A stretch of DNA of 64,000 bases from assembly GCA_965202585.1 (NCBI GenBank), contig OZ241826.1, forward strand, positions 69,626,001 to 69,690,000. The letters are read 5' to 3'. The notes under the pieces were generated by a model that was given only the letters and a program-made list of their open reading frames with translations, was not told the origin of the DNA and searched no databases. This stretch comes from Thalia democratica (taxonomy: Eukaryota). The first letter of the stretch is position 1. Every line of letters starts with the position of its first letter. Positions 25,760 to 37,800 of this stretch are shown here, in pieces. The position numbers and the translations under genes were made by a program.

Positions 25760-26495
25760 AAATACCATTTATTGCAAGACACAAAACTTTTTTCATTATA
25801 ACTTATTTTAATAATTTAAAAGTTTTTGGAACTCACAAATTCCTTTGTCAAAAATAATAAACACTCACAAATAAAATGATATAAAACACAAAAGGTAGGG
25901 AAATGTTTCTCCCTACTCAATAAATCGTATGTATCAAAGTTGCTTAGTCTACAAGTTAACATTTCCAGGTGATCTGAAAAACCAATATATTAATGAGGCT
26001 GAAAGACAACTTTTAGTAAGAACCAACGAGCATGTGACTCTAGCTAATAGTGCAGTATAAAAACATATCAAGAACTGTGCATGTTGTACAAATTATAACA
26101 ATATTTATGACTGTTTTGAAATAATTAAAACGTGCAGTTCTTATGATTATCTATTATCTACAGAAGCTTTCCTAATTAAAAATCTTCAACTATGTTTGAA
26201 TAATCAGTTTGGTCCTGATAAAGGGTCATGAGTAACTATTAACATATTTAAATAATTTACTCTGTTTTAATTGGTTTTTTGTTAAAAGAAATATTTTTGT
26301 TAATCAGTCGTCATTTCAATTATTGCGTTTTTTTTTATTAAGTATTTAGTTTCACTCTATTTCTATAGTTTTTAATTAATTTGTGAGTGTTTAGCATTTT
26401 TGACATGAGAATTTGTGAGTTCCGAAAGCGCTTAAATTGTTAATTAAAGTTATAATGGAAAAAATCTTTTGTCTTGCAATAAAATGGTATTTAAA
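25760..26495 (+). mobile_element. Decayed Penelope-like element 3' fragment with a short inverted copy of its 3' end
   Basis: 25950..26255 reads YKLTFPGDLKNQYINEAERQLLVRTNEH...SAV*KHIKNC...EAFLIKNLQLCLNNQ (GIY-YIG C-terminus with stops). 25760..25872 is an inverted copy of ~26378..26492. Confidence 0.75.
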
Positions 26496-27687
26496 AACAT
26501 TTTAAGGGGTCGGCAAACTGCGGCCCGCGGGCCAATTGCGGCCCTCGAAGGGTAAATCTGCGGCCCGCGAGCACGTTCTTTTTTTGAATAGAATGCGGCC
26601 CGCGAAAGAAATTTTTGTGGCCCGCGAGCATGTTAATGTGGCCCGCTGAGCAACAATATGTTTTAAGTTAAATTTTTACTGGTAATTTGGTTTTGTTTTA
26701 TTTCGTTTTAAGTTCATGTATAACATTTTAAAATAATAAAAAGACTTTACTGTATTAGCTTAAAAATGTGAAAAAAACAGATCAGCTTTCTAACAGGGTA
26801 TTTTCTCATTTTCATAATAGCTTTTTTCTCACAACAGTAAGTAATTATTTGACAAAAGAGTGTAAAGAGTGCCTAGATTTAGTAAGTCAGTTATATAATA
26901 GCTACTTAGTAAATAAACCAAATGCAAATGTTTTTCATTTTGCACAACAGTAATGCACAGTAATTAAATAAAATAGCATTTCTTTACAATTTAGGTATTC
27001 ATTTTAAATGTATTATATACCTTAGTTTCTTTTACAGATGTATTATTACTAAATATTATATTTAAGTGTACACAAATACATTTAATATAACATTCTAATA
27101 AGAAATAAGGTTTATTTGATTTTGGTTTTAACACGTTTCGATTTTTTAGTAGTTTTTTTCACTTAAAACTAATTCTAATGCACACAAGTGTACAAAGATG
27201 CTCATATTTTAAACCACTTTTTATTTACTGCTTAAGTTAGATTAAGTTTAGTTTATGCATAAATGTCTAACATTATTGTGTACCTAAATGTAATTTCTAA
27301 GTGTGTTCAGAAACATTTAAAACAATATATATGACATTATAAAAAGTTTGTACATTGTGAATTAAATAAGTTCAAATTCAATTTTATAAATAACTAAACT
27401 TTGCTACAAACTCAGACTAAGACCATAAAAAGACTTTAAATCTCGGGCCAATTTAGTCTTTGTTTCCGTTATTTCCTTGAATTGCTTTTTGTATACGAAA
27501 ATATCAGGCTAGTTTTTTGTCACTAAGGCTGGCTTTTTTTCTTTAAAGAGTGGCAAATTAAATTTATGATGTATGTTTTGGTCAATACACAGTGTTGGTT
27601 TGAATTACAATAAATGATAAATTTTAAATCTTGCAGCTGATACAATTTGAAATACTGTTTATACTACTGTATGTAAGTGTGAATAAT

Positions 27688-28000
27688 CAGTGTTGCCAAA
27701 AAACTTGAGTCCCGGTAAATCTTGGAAGTGTAAATTTATGCTTAAATAATCTGAAAAAAGTTTGTATTTGAGAATTTTTGAAAAATCTGGAATTTCAAAC
27801 AACTTTTACATGTAAAGTAATAAAATTTTGATTTGAAACAAAAATTTACCATATAAATATTTTTATTAAAAACCACATTGAAAGTAGCTTAAGATCATCT
27901 TTTTAAAATTGATGTTATGTTTAAAAGATTTTTTTTTTACCTTTAGTTCAATTTTATACTGAAAACAGAAGAAAAAATTTGTACTTTTACAAACTTTATA
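27688..28000. mobile_element. Partial CAGTGTTGCCA-family MITE nested in a Charlie-like element
   Basis: Left TIR CAGTGTTGCCA with a body similar to the 16871 copy (AACTTTTACATGTAAAGTAAT). The right TIR was not seen. Confidence 0.55.
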
Positions 28001-28734
28001 TTGTTGCATTGCACCTTTGCTTTTAAAATCTATTTACCTATTGCAGTGCTTTGCATTGGAACTAAACCTAGAAATTCTTCTAAAATTTCAAAATTAGTAA
28101 AAATAACTCAAATAAAAATTCTCAGATAACAATATATGTTTTATAAGTGCTCTCATCTTAACAGATTGATTAAAGTCCTAGTTCGATTTATGCTGCTATA
28201 TAATCTTCAGGCATTTCTTAAACACGACTTTTGTTGTCAGTAAAGAAATAAACAAAAATCTTATACTACCGTCAACATAAATTCTTTAAGAAAATTAAAA
28301 TTCTAAACGGTATCTTCTTTTTAGTAATTAGTTTTGCTACTTTATAACTTGCCTTAACTTTTTCTTCAATCAGACTGTAGGTACTGAAAATAATCATGTG
28401 CTTTGTTGGAACTGACTTAAACGATTTGCTTTTTTTTCGTTTCTTGCATGACTCCTAAATAACGTTTTTCAATGCTTATAGCTCGTCTTATATTTCACAT
28501 TTACTCTTTTTAACTGCAAAATTTTTATTGCAGATAAAGAATCGCTGTAATTCTTAATAAAAAAATAGTTATTCGTCTTCATTAAAGGCTTAATAAGCTT
28601 TTATACTTTGTTAAAAGTGTTTAATAAACCGTAATTGTCCATTGAAACTGACTTATAATACTTTTGTTTGATTTATATTTAATTCACTGTTAATAAACTT
28701 CGTTATTTCTTTATTTTGTGAACTTTTTTTTAAA

Positions 28735-29067
28735 CAGGGTTGCCAAACAAGCAGGCTAGTTTAAAAGTTTGAAGAATACAGACTAGGTTAAACCTGTTTA
28801 AGACATTTTTTTAAGACTCAGTTGTGTATGTTAAACTTTTATTATAAACACTTTTAATTCTCAGAATAGTTTATACAACCGTAATGTAGTTTACTAATAG
28901 TATTTTTCTTCCTTGTCTTCTTACATATTGTGTACTTTTTTATAATGAAGATATTTCAATTAGGTATTTAAGCTTGATTAACACTAAGTTTTATGCTTTT
29001 TCAATTTTTAATTAACTTGGCTAGTTTGATATAACTTAGACATTTTGCTGTTAAAGTGGCAACCATG
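28735..29067. mobile_element. CAGGGTTGCCA-TIR MITE, third internal type
   Basis: Ends CAGGGTTGCCA ... TGGCAACCATG with no clear TSD. Related degenerate copies lie at ~61371..61766 and ~63210..63510. Confidence 0.55.
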
Positions 29068-30181
29068 TAAAATACTAACTAATTACTAATAAGGTATTTT
29101 ATTAAAGTATTTGAGAGTTAATCATGTTTTACATTTGTTTTAGATTTTTACATAACAAATAGGTATTAGATTTATTTAGTTGATTAATTACTGAATTTTT
29201 TAAAGAGTGTAAACTATTTTAGACGCAATTTTCTTTTTTTTAAATAAATATTTTTAGAAACATGAAAAAAGGGTTAATAGTACAAACAAGGCATAAAAGT
29301 GACTTCTAAAACATTTTTAAGCTCGAATTTTTATACAGAGTTAGGTTATAAGTAAAATTACAAAATATTAAGTTTAACCTATTTAATAAGAAAGTACATA
29401 GTTTATTAAGACTTAAGTACATAAGTCAATGTAAATTTTATTCTATAAAGTATTTATAATTTAAATAGACATTCTCTGTATATCTAAAAGTAGTTTGAAA
29501 TATCAAAGTGAATAAAAGTAAAACTTTCTCTAGTAAGACTAAAAGCAAAATATTATTCAAATGTCACTAAAACTAAAACTGCGGCCCGCGAAGACTTGGA
29601 ATACTTGAAATTTGGCCCGCGAGCACCAACTGCCTGCCAACCCCTGGTCTAGCTAAATCTTAACTAGTTACTTAGCTTACTACACTATTAAAAAGAAATT
29701 ACTTATGTTATGTTGTCAAATAAAATTAAGTTTCTAAAATAATTTACTTTTATAGACTTTTTTAAACTTTACCCAGATATCTGCTTATTAAACCCTAAAA
29801 GTAAAACAAAAGTTAGAAAAACAAAGTAATTTTTTCACACATCACTCAAAGTTGTCGAAGAACTTAGTAAGTAATAACAAAAATATCTAAATTACTTAAA
29901 AAATCGTTAAAAAAAAGAATAACTAAAGAAAAACATGGTTTTTAGGTTAAAGGCAAAATATAAGTATTTTAAATCTTTTTTTAACGGATTAAAGAGTTAT
30001 TTAAAAAAAAAATTGTACATTTTTATGGTTTATAAAGTTAGAGAAACAAAAAAGGATGTATCTTTATAAAGTTGTTGGTCTAAATCATATTTTATTGAAG
30101 TTGTTTTAACAATAAATTTTTAAAGAGCTTTACAATTAAGGAGCCTTTATACAATTATGACAAAAGTTAAATTGTTAAAAA

Positions 30182-30237
30182 GTTTATTACTTAACAATTG
30201 TTTCACGCTAGTGCGATGATCACAAGTAAAAGTAAAC
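30182..30237 (-). ncRNA. Second copy of the same putative hammerhead, in the inverted arm
   Basis: Reverse complement of 32090..32145. Confidence 0.62.
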
Positions 30238-32089
30238 AAACTAATAAGTTGCAACGGACAAACATTTATATAGTTTTAGATAAGTAATTAGTTGATTAGG
30301 TGATTGGTTAACTAATTGAATTTTAGTAATATTCAGCAAGATAAATTATGATTAACGTAAATACAATTATAACAAAAAATCAAACGACAAAACAAAACTA
30401 TATAATGAAAACAAAGGTAGATTAAACTTAAATTTAGCAAATTAAGACTTTAAATAAAATTTTGTAAAATGTCTACATTTTCCCACCAGTTCTGAGCTCA
30501 AGTTTAAAAGTTTGTTTTTATCTGCAAATGCAATTTCGAGTCTTTCCAAATTACATAAGGTGCAAATTTTACTGGGCTTATTTTAATTACTGCGATGAAT
30601 AATTTCCCATTTTATCATTTTTCTCCAATCAGGGTTGCAATTTTTTATTTTGTGAATGAATCTACTCAATTTTGTGCTTTCTTTCTTCTTTACATTATTA
30701 AAGGATTGTATATGTTCGTAAAATCTACTTTTGAATTGTCTCCCAGTTGAACCAATGTAAATATGTTCTTTTTTGTTATACATAACTGTTGCTTTATAAA
30801 TGACTCCTTTAGTAAGACATTCACCTTTAACTGGACAATTATTTTTTGATCTACAAATGCATAATTTGCAGTTTTCTTCAGTTGTTTCATTTGAGTTTTG
30901 AAGTAATTTCTGGTTGTGATTGGACAATTCTTTTTCCAAATTGGACATGCAAGAATATGGACCTGGAGAAAGACGAGTACCTTCCATTTAGAAAAGAAAA
31001 TGCTAAGAATATTTATATGAACTTTAATTCAAATCACCCATACCCAATAAAAAAACAAATTTCATCAATGATACAAAAAAGGTTATCATCACTATCCAAA
31101 ACTAAAGACATATTTGACAAGGTAAAAGATCCGTATGAAAAAACCTTAGAAAATAGTGGCTTTAAAACAACACTATCATATGTTCACAATAATCCTGTTG
31201 GAAAAAGTAGACGAAAATTAAGGAAAAAGAAAGTTTTTTACTTCAATCCTCCTTTCAGCAACTCTATAAAGACGAATATTGGGAAAGAATTTCTAAAATT
31301 AGTATCCAGACATTTCCCTAAATCAGGCTTTTATGGTTCTATATTTAATAGAAATACAATTAAGATTTCATATTCTTGCATGTCCAATTTGGAAAAAGAA
31401 TTGTCCAATCACAACCAGAAATTACTTCAAAACTCAAATGAAACAACTGAAGAAAACTGCAAAATATGCATTTGTAGATCAAAAAATAATTGTCCCGTTA
31501 AAGGTGAATGTCTTACTAAAGGAGTCATTTATAAAGCAACAGTTATGTATAACAAAAAAAAACATATTTACATTGGTTCAACTGGGAGACAATTCAAAAG
31601 TAGATTTTACGAACATATACAATCCTTTAATAATGTAAAGAAGAAAGAAAGCACAAGATTGAGTAGATTCAATCACAAAAAAAAATTGCAACCCTGATTG
31701 GAGAAAAATGATAAAATGGGAAATTATTCATCGCAGTAATTAAAATAAGCCCAGTAAAATTTGCACCCTATGTAATTTGGAAAGACTCGAAATTGCATTT
31801 GCAGATAAAAACAAACTTTTAAACTTGAGCTCAGAACTGGTGGGAAAATGTAGACATTTTACAAAATTTTATTTAAAGTCTTAATTTGCTAAATTTAAGT
31901 TTAATCTACCTTTGTTTTCATTATATAGTTTTGTTTTGTCGTTTGATTTTTTGTTATAATTGTATTTACGTTAATCATAATTTATCTTGCTGAATATTAC
32001 TAAAATTCAATGAGTTAACCAATCACTTAATCAACTAATTACTTATCTAAAACTATATAAAATGTTTGTCCGTTGCAACTTATTAGTTT

Positions 32090-32145
32090 GTTTACTTTTA
32101 CTTGTGATCATCGCACTAGCGTGAAACAATTGTTAAGTAATAAAC
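32090..32145 (+). ncRNA. Putative minimal type I hammerhead ribozyme (G3-C8 core variant) in the Penelope 3' region
   Basis: GTTTA-CTTT-TACTT / GTGATCA / T-CGC-ACTA-GCG-T / GAA / ACAATTGT / T / AAGTA-A-TAAAC reads as stem I, core, stem II, GAA, palindromic stem III, H17 and the stem I partner. Manual fold only. Confidence 0.65.
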
Positions 32146-33531
32146 TTTTTAACAATTTAACTTTTGTCATAATTGTATTAAATCAGATTTTATCCAACTT
32201 ATCTTTATTAACGCCTTCTTGAAGGAGTTTAAAAAATAATCGCCCCTGTAATAGTTAGTTACTTTTACATGTACTTTATCCGCTGTCTTACAAATTAAAT
32301 TCCCCTAATTGACAAATCGCCACTAAAGAGGTAAATTGTTCACTTTGGAAAACTCTGTTCTAAATATAGTACATAAAAGAACTGACTTTTTTTTTACTTA
32401 TAGTTAACAAGTTCTATAAGACTACTTTTTTATTAAGTTAGAAATTACTTGATGTTAAAAATCAGAACTCTACTTGATTTTACTTTAATGGAATCTAACC
32501 ACTTTCGCTTTAAATAAAACACAGTTTCTGCTTAATTAGCTATACTTGATACATTTTTACAAGTTTAAAAGTAAAGTCATAAAAAATTACTTTTTTAACT
32601 AGAAGTTGTTAAGCAATATATATTTGAAAAAAATATGAGAAAAAACTGTTAGAAATACTAAATAACTTCATTAGTATACAAAACTGATAGGTAACTAAAG
32701 TTTAGCAAGTATAAGTTGATTTTTTAAACAAGTACCTAACTATTCTTTTTTAAGATAGCTGGAGGATTACTATAGATATAAAAAATCATTACTAAGTAAA
32801 ACTTTAATTCAGAAAACTTAGCAGAAAGTGATGAGTATATGTAAAATACATTTTATAAAAATCTTTAAACTTAAATTATTTTATTTAAACAATATTTAAT
32901 TCGGCTCTCACCAATAAAGCTAAGATGTCGCGCGCAATCAACAATAAGCTTCACCACACAACCAACAATATCCAAGATAACCAACTTTAAATTAAAAAAT
33001 ATTAAGTATGTCTACTTTATATCTATTATAAACAGCTTAGGTAAGAAAACATTTTTATTTAGTTTTGTATCTAAAAACTTTTTTGAGATAAAACTCATAC
33101 CTCTTTTTAATTTACATCTTTGAACTTTATAAATAACGATTAATTATAGGTAATTAACTTTTATTAAAATAATTTTTAAAGGTCATTGTTACAAATTTAT
33201 TAACTTTATGAATAAAGAAGACAAAAAAAAATTCTACTTCAAATGAAATGAGTTTGACCAATGTTACTTTACGTAAGTCGATATTATTTGTATCAAATAC
33301 TAGATTTAGGTATATGTTCAACTCTTTTATGCTCTACTATTTTTTGAAAATTATTAATTTGATCCTTTCTGTCTAGATTTGTGTATTCATATTTTGTTTA
33401 TACTAAAAATTTATTAGCTTTTAGTAGATTTTAAGCTAGAGGTAGAAATCTTTTTAAGTTAGAGGGTCAGGTATACCCGAAAGTACCTTTGCGGGCCGGA
33501 CTTGTTACCTTAAGTCGTAAGTATTCATAAA

Positions 33532-33834
33532 CAGCGTGGCCACTGGTTTTTGATAGTTTTCTTTCAGGTTTTCTTAATTTCCTTCAACAAAAGTTTTTAT
33601 CTACATGATAGATCTTTGTGTCGAATCGATACTTTCTTACAAAACATGTAAAAATTACTTAAAATTCCAAGTTTTTATAGTAATTTTTGTTTAAATTTAT
33701 AGGTTTTTTAGTAATTTTTGGCAACAACTCCAGGTTTTTTTTAAATTTCTCAAACTCCAGATTTTTCCTGGTTTTATAGGCTAAATTGTCAAATTCTAGG
33801 TTTTTCCAGGATTCCAGGTTAAATTGCCACCCTG
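33532..33834. mobile_element. Older CAGGGTTGCCA-family MITE
   Basis: Degenerate ends CAGCGTGGCCA ... TTGCCACCCTG, flanks CATAAA/CATCAA, body similar to the 36106 copy. Confidence 0.65.
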
Positions 33835-34886
33835 CATCAAGGACTTATTTGGTTTGTTTTTAATATATTAAAAAGTATTAAGAGGACTTAATTAAGTAGC
33901 ATGTAAGTTTATCTAGCTTCGATAGTTTTAAATTTTGTTTATGGATTGTTTTTAGTTGTTAACATCAACTTTAAAATTATTATTACTGAAGAAAAACGGA
34001 TTTATTAGTGATAATTTTCGCTAATCTACTATTCTAACAAAAATGTTTAGAAAGGATTAGTCCTGATATTTCAACTTTAAGCTAATTATCAATGTTTAAC
34101 TAGTTTCATATAACTGTGAAAATTTATGAAACAACGTAGCACATATTTGAATGTTACTAAAAAATTAAAGTTTCTGATAATTTATTCAACTCTTATATTT
34201 AAAATAAATGAAAAAAATTATACTAAGACTATCTAAAAATTTGTTTAAAGTTTTAACTTCAATGAAGACTTTATAAAATATTTTTAATACGTAAAATTAT
34301 GTTTAACTATAAATGGAAAATGCTTAAAGAACAAAAGAGAAATGAGACAGTATAAATATAAAAAAAGATATGTGATAAGTACCTATAGTAGAGAACAAGT
34401 AGCAAGAAATTTAAGCGAAATAAAACGTTTAAGTTTTAAGTACTATTCTATAAAAAGAATCAATGCGACTATGTCTTATTCAAAAATAACTTAATGAACA
34501 AACATTGTACTATAAAAATAAATGCATTAATAATAAATATGGCAAAAATCTTACACTAAATTTAGAACTTTATTTTTAAGAACTTAAATAAACCCTTTTT
34601 TAAGGTATTGTTTAAGCAATTTTAATTTCACAATAAATAAAATTTTCTTGAAAGGTTAAATAAATTTAGCTTTCAATTCAAAAAATAACTTCAATTTTAA
34701 ATTTTTAAATGCACCCTGAAACGATAAATAAACATTTATTTTATGGTAATATTTTTACTAAATTTAAGCATTTTTGTTAAAAAAAGAAAAAAAAGAATGT
34801 GGTATAAAAAAATTGCAAGATACCCAAATAATTTTACACTAAGTTAATACATAAGAAGTCACTTAAACTTGTAGGTTTTGTACAGA

Positions 34887-37800
34887 CTAGCTCAACCGCA
34901 TATTCCTCATTTTGGCAACGACGTCGACCAACTCATCATCGGAAACTTGCCGGCTCACCTCATTCAGTTCGTCCGCATCCTTGCAGTCGAGCAAATCCCT
35001 CAAGTTCTTCAGCTGCGCCGACACGTTCATGCCAAGCGAGTCCACCACGTTGTTCATGTAGTCCAGGTCCGCCACAATTTGCTTCGCGTTAGCCTCGGAG
35101 ACCCGGTTGATTTGCGCCACGGCCTGGTAGTAGGTGCGCTCCGTCGCCTGTATCAGCGAGCTCAGCCACCGGTCTGCCGGATCTTCCAGGTCCTTGTCGG
35201 GCGGGAACGGGAGGTTTCCGACCGCCAGCGCCACTTCAAGGCTCTGTTCCTGTCGCGAGCCACCGTCGTCCTCGACCGAAGCAAACGCCTCCAAGTGTTG
35301 GGGCAGCGTCATGAGGTACTGGCCGATCCTGGTCGCGCACTCGCTGGGCGAAACATCAAAAGCGCGGTCGTCGGCGCCATCCTGGTAGTGTTGCTTGGAC
35401 ACGGCGGAAAGCTGCTTACTGACATAGGCGAAGGCGACTTCGAAGGTCAGCTTCTGGGCCTGCTGGTTCAGATCCTCGACCCTCGTGCGCGTCACGTCGT
35501 CGAACACGGGTTTGTTTTCTCGTACGCACTCAAGCGTGGAGAAGAAGCGCTCACGTGACTCGTCGGTGGCCGCGCGCAAGTAGTCGTAATCTTCCCAAGG
35601 CATTGACTTCCACTGAACATTTTTATTTTAGTTAACAACCTTTGGTTACAAATTACTATTGATACTCGCTGTCAAAAATTAAATACTTATTTACAATAAT
35701 TTTACTAACACATAATGATTTTAACTTTTTTTATTTTAAACTCTTAATATAAAGGTTTAATATATAAATAACAACCTTTTCCGTTTCAAGCCTGTCTCTT
35801 TTGCTGGCCACTTGAAGAAGTGATGAGTTGAGTGTTGATTCGAACTTTCTCATGCTGACAATTATTTTACCGCATGTAGTGATGATTCGCACACAATTTT
35901 GGAATGTAGTCCAGTCTTCTCCGTCTTCATTTTGATTTGATGTCTTCATGTGTTTTAAATATGGTTATTGAAAGTATCAAAAATTTATAAAGAGCTTTTT
36001 TTTTTTGATTATGTCATTAATACAGAGCTGATGATTGTTAGGATTACTTTGTTTCGTTTATTACATTATTGTATAAAACCATTAATATTATCAAAGTGTT
36101 ATGTTCAGGGTTGCCAAATGTTTTTGGCCAATTTTCTCAAGGTTTTTTAAAGTTTTACTCAAGGTTTTCAAAATTTTCTCCAGGTTTTTAAAAGTACACA
36201 TTTTTGGGTCTAGTTTTAGTTTAAAGTTAAGCTTAAGGTAAAAAAATGTGTTAAATAGTATGTAAACATTGAAAAGATACTGTAAAGCTACTTCAAATGT
36301 GTTTTGTAAAAGATAAAAAATTTGATGGTGACAATTTTTTTTTATGTATATAGTAGATTTTTTGTGTCAAATCAAAATTTTTCTACTTGACTTGTAAAAA
36401 TTGTTTAAAATTCCAGGTTTTTAGGGTTTTTGTTCAAAATTTCAGGTTTTTTAACCTAAATTTCTCAAATTTTAGGTTTCTCCAGGTTTTTTAGCCTAAA
36501 CTGTCAAATTCCAGGTTTTACCAGGTTTCCAAGTTTTTTGGCAACCCTGTATGTTGATATGTTGTCTAAAATTTATAAATTTTTCATTTTATTTATTAAG
36601 TTATGTGATAGAAATTCTTGTTTATAAAAAAAAAACATATCACAAATACAACTTTACTTTATATTTTTTTGCAAGCGTTCTTAATTCTCTTGAAAACCTT
36701 TCCAAATACTCATTAAAGTATTTTTCAAGTGAAACTTTTAACTCTCCAGATCCAATAAAACCTTGAACAAGTATAAACATTACGTTTGTATAAAAGTCTT
36801 TATAATTTAAAACATAAATTTTTAAGAACATAAATCTGTCTAAATAAATTCTTACTAACCTGTAGCCTTTTCACAACGATCGATAGCATTTTTCGCCTCG
36901 GCAAAAACCTTGTCCACCGAATCGTCCAAAACCTGCACCAGGTCGATTATGTCGCCCGACGACAGGCTCACGCTCGACAGTGACGTCATAAGGGCCTCCG
37001 TCTCCAAGTCGGCGTATTTAACCAAGTGGCGGGTGTAGGGCGCCCACACGGAATCGGATATCTTCTCCAAAAGTTCCTCCACTTCCTGCGTCAGCTTCAC
37101 CTCCTGCAGCGCCACTTGGAGGTCTTGGGTGAACTTCCTGGTGATCTCGTGCATGCTGATGACCCACCGCAGCTTCTCGTGCTCGTTCGCGTCCAGGCAG
37201 CCTTTTATGAGGGCGGACGGCCCGTTGCCGCCCTGGTCCGAGCTGACGTTGACCTCATAGACGAGCTGCAGGGCGATGAGGACGGCCTGGTGGCGGCCGA
37301 AGACGAAGTTGCACCACTGCGACTCGCTGTGCCACGCGTTCACCAGCAGCTGGTAGTACTCGCTCATCAGGTACTGGTGGTGGGTGGTGGCGGGCTGGTC
37401 TGGTTGCGGTTGGTCGAGTATCTGCTGCCACATGTTGCCCACCCTGCCCCGGTGACACTTCAGGTAGTAGTTGATGAAGTCTTTCGGTCTGCATAGTTTT
37501 AATTAGAATTTGAAACCAATTTTTACAAACTAATTACGCAATACGTACTTTTATTCCAACATGGGGATAGTTTTATAATTGACTTTCACTGCTGCGTTAT
37601 TTTTAACACAAACAGATGTTACAAAAAAAAGAATTTGTTTAAAAAACATTTTTTAGCCATATTCAGGGTTGCCATTCTTTGAGCCAAAAAATTTTCCCTG
37701 AGTGACCAGAAACTTCCCTGAGTAACCTTAAACTTCCCTGAAATTTTCTGAGTTTTTTCAAGTCCTTAAAAGTTTTATCATTTATTAAAAAATTACAATA

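Larger units (their letters stand above)
26504..29646. mobile_element. Non-autonomous hAT (Charlie-like) element carrying nested MITEs
   Basis: Ends (A)AGGGGTCGGCAA ... TGCCAACCCCTG with subterminal GCGGCCCGCG repeats at both ends. The right flank GTCTAGCT resembles the Charlie target motif, and the left flank abuts the Penelope fragment. No transposase ORF. Confidence 0.7.
30149..32178 (+). mobile_element. 5'-truncated Penelope-like retroelement (Neptune-type Cys-rich linker + GIY-YIG endonuclease) with an ~810-bp inverted duplication
   Basis: The sense part from ~30960 encodes the RT C-terminus (DLEKDEYLPFRKEN...SNHP...FNPPFSNSIKTNIGKEFLKLVSRHFP), the linker CKICICRSKNNCPVKGECL and GVIYKAT...YIGSTGRQFKSRFYEH. 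30149..30959 is the reverse complement of 31369..32178 with only about ten differences. Confidence 0.92.

Noticed and set aside
30846-30959. N-terminus of the 283-aa ORF, and MEGTRLSPGP at the start of the 134-aa ORF
   Set aside because: Chimeric read-through across the inversion junction, not genuine element coding sequence.
31738-31742. Selenocysteine-type recoding of the in-frame stop in the Penelope ORF
   Set aside because: The codon is TAA, not TGA, and no SECIS-like hairpin was recognised.
34878-37496. Long + strand ORFs 34878..35558 and 37026..37496, and alternative-frame ORFs 35134..35388 and 37255..37494
   Set aside because: These are antisense or off-frame shadows of the GC3-rich COG7 exons, which are depleted of stop codons. 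They show no independent similarity or splice logic.
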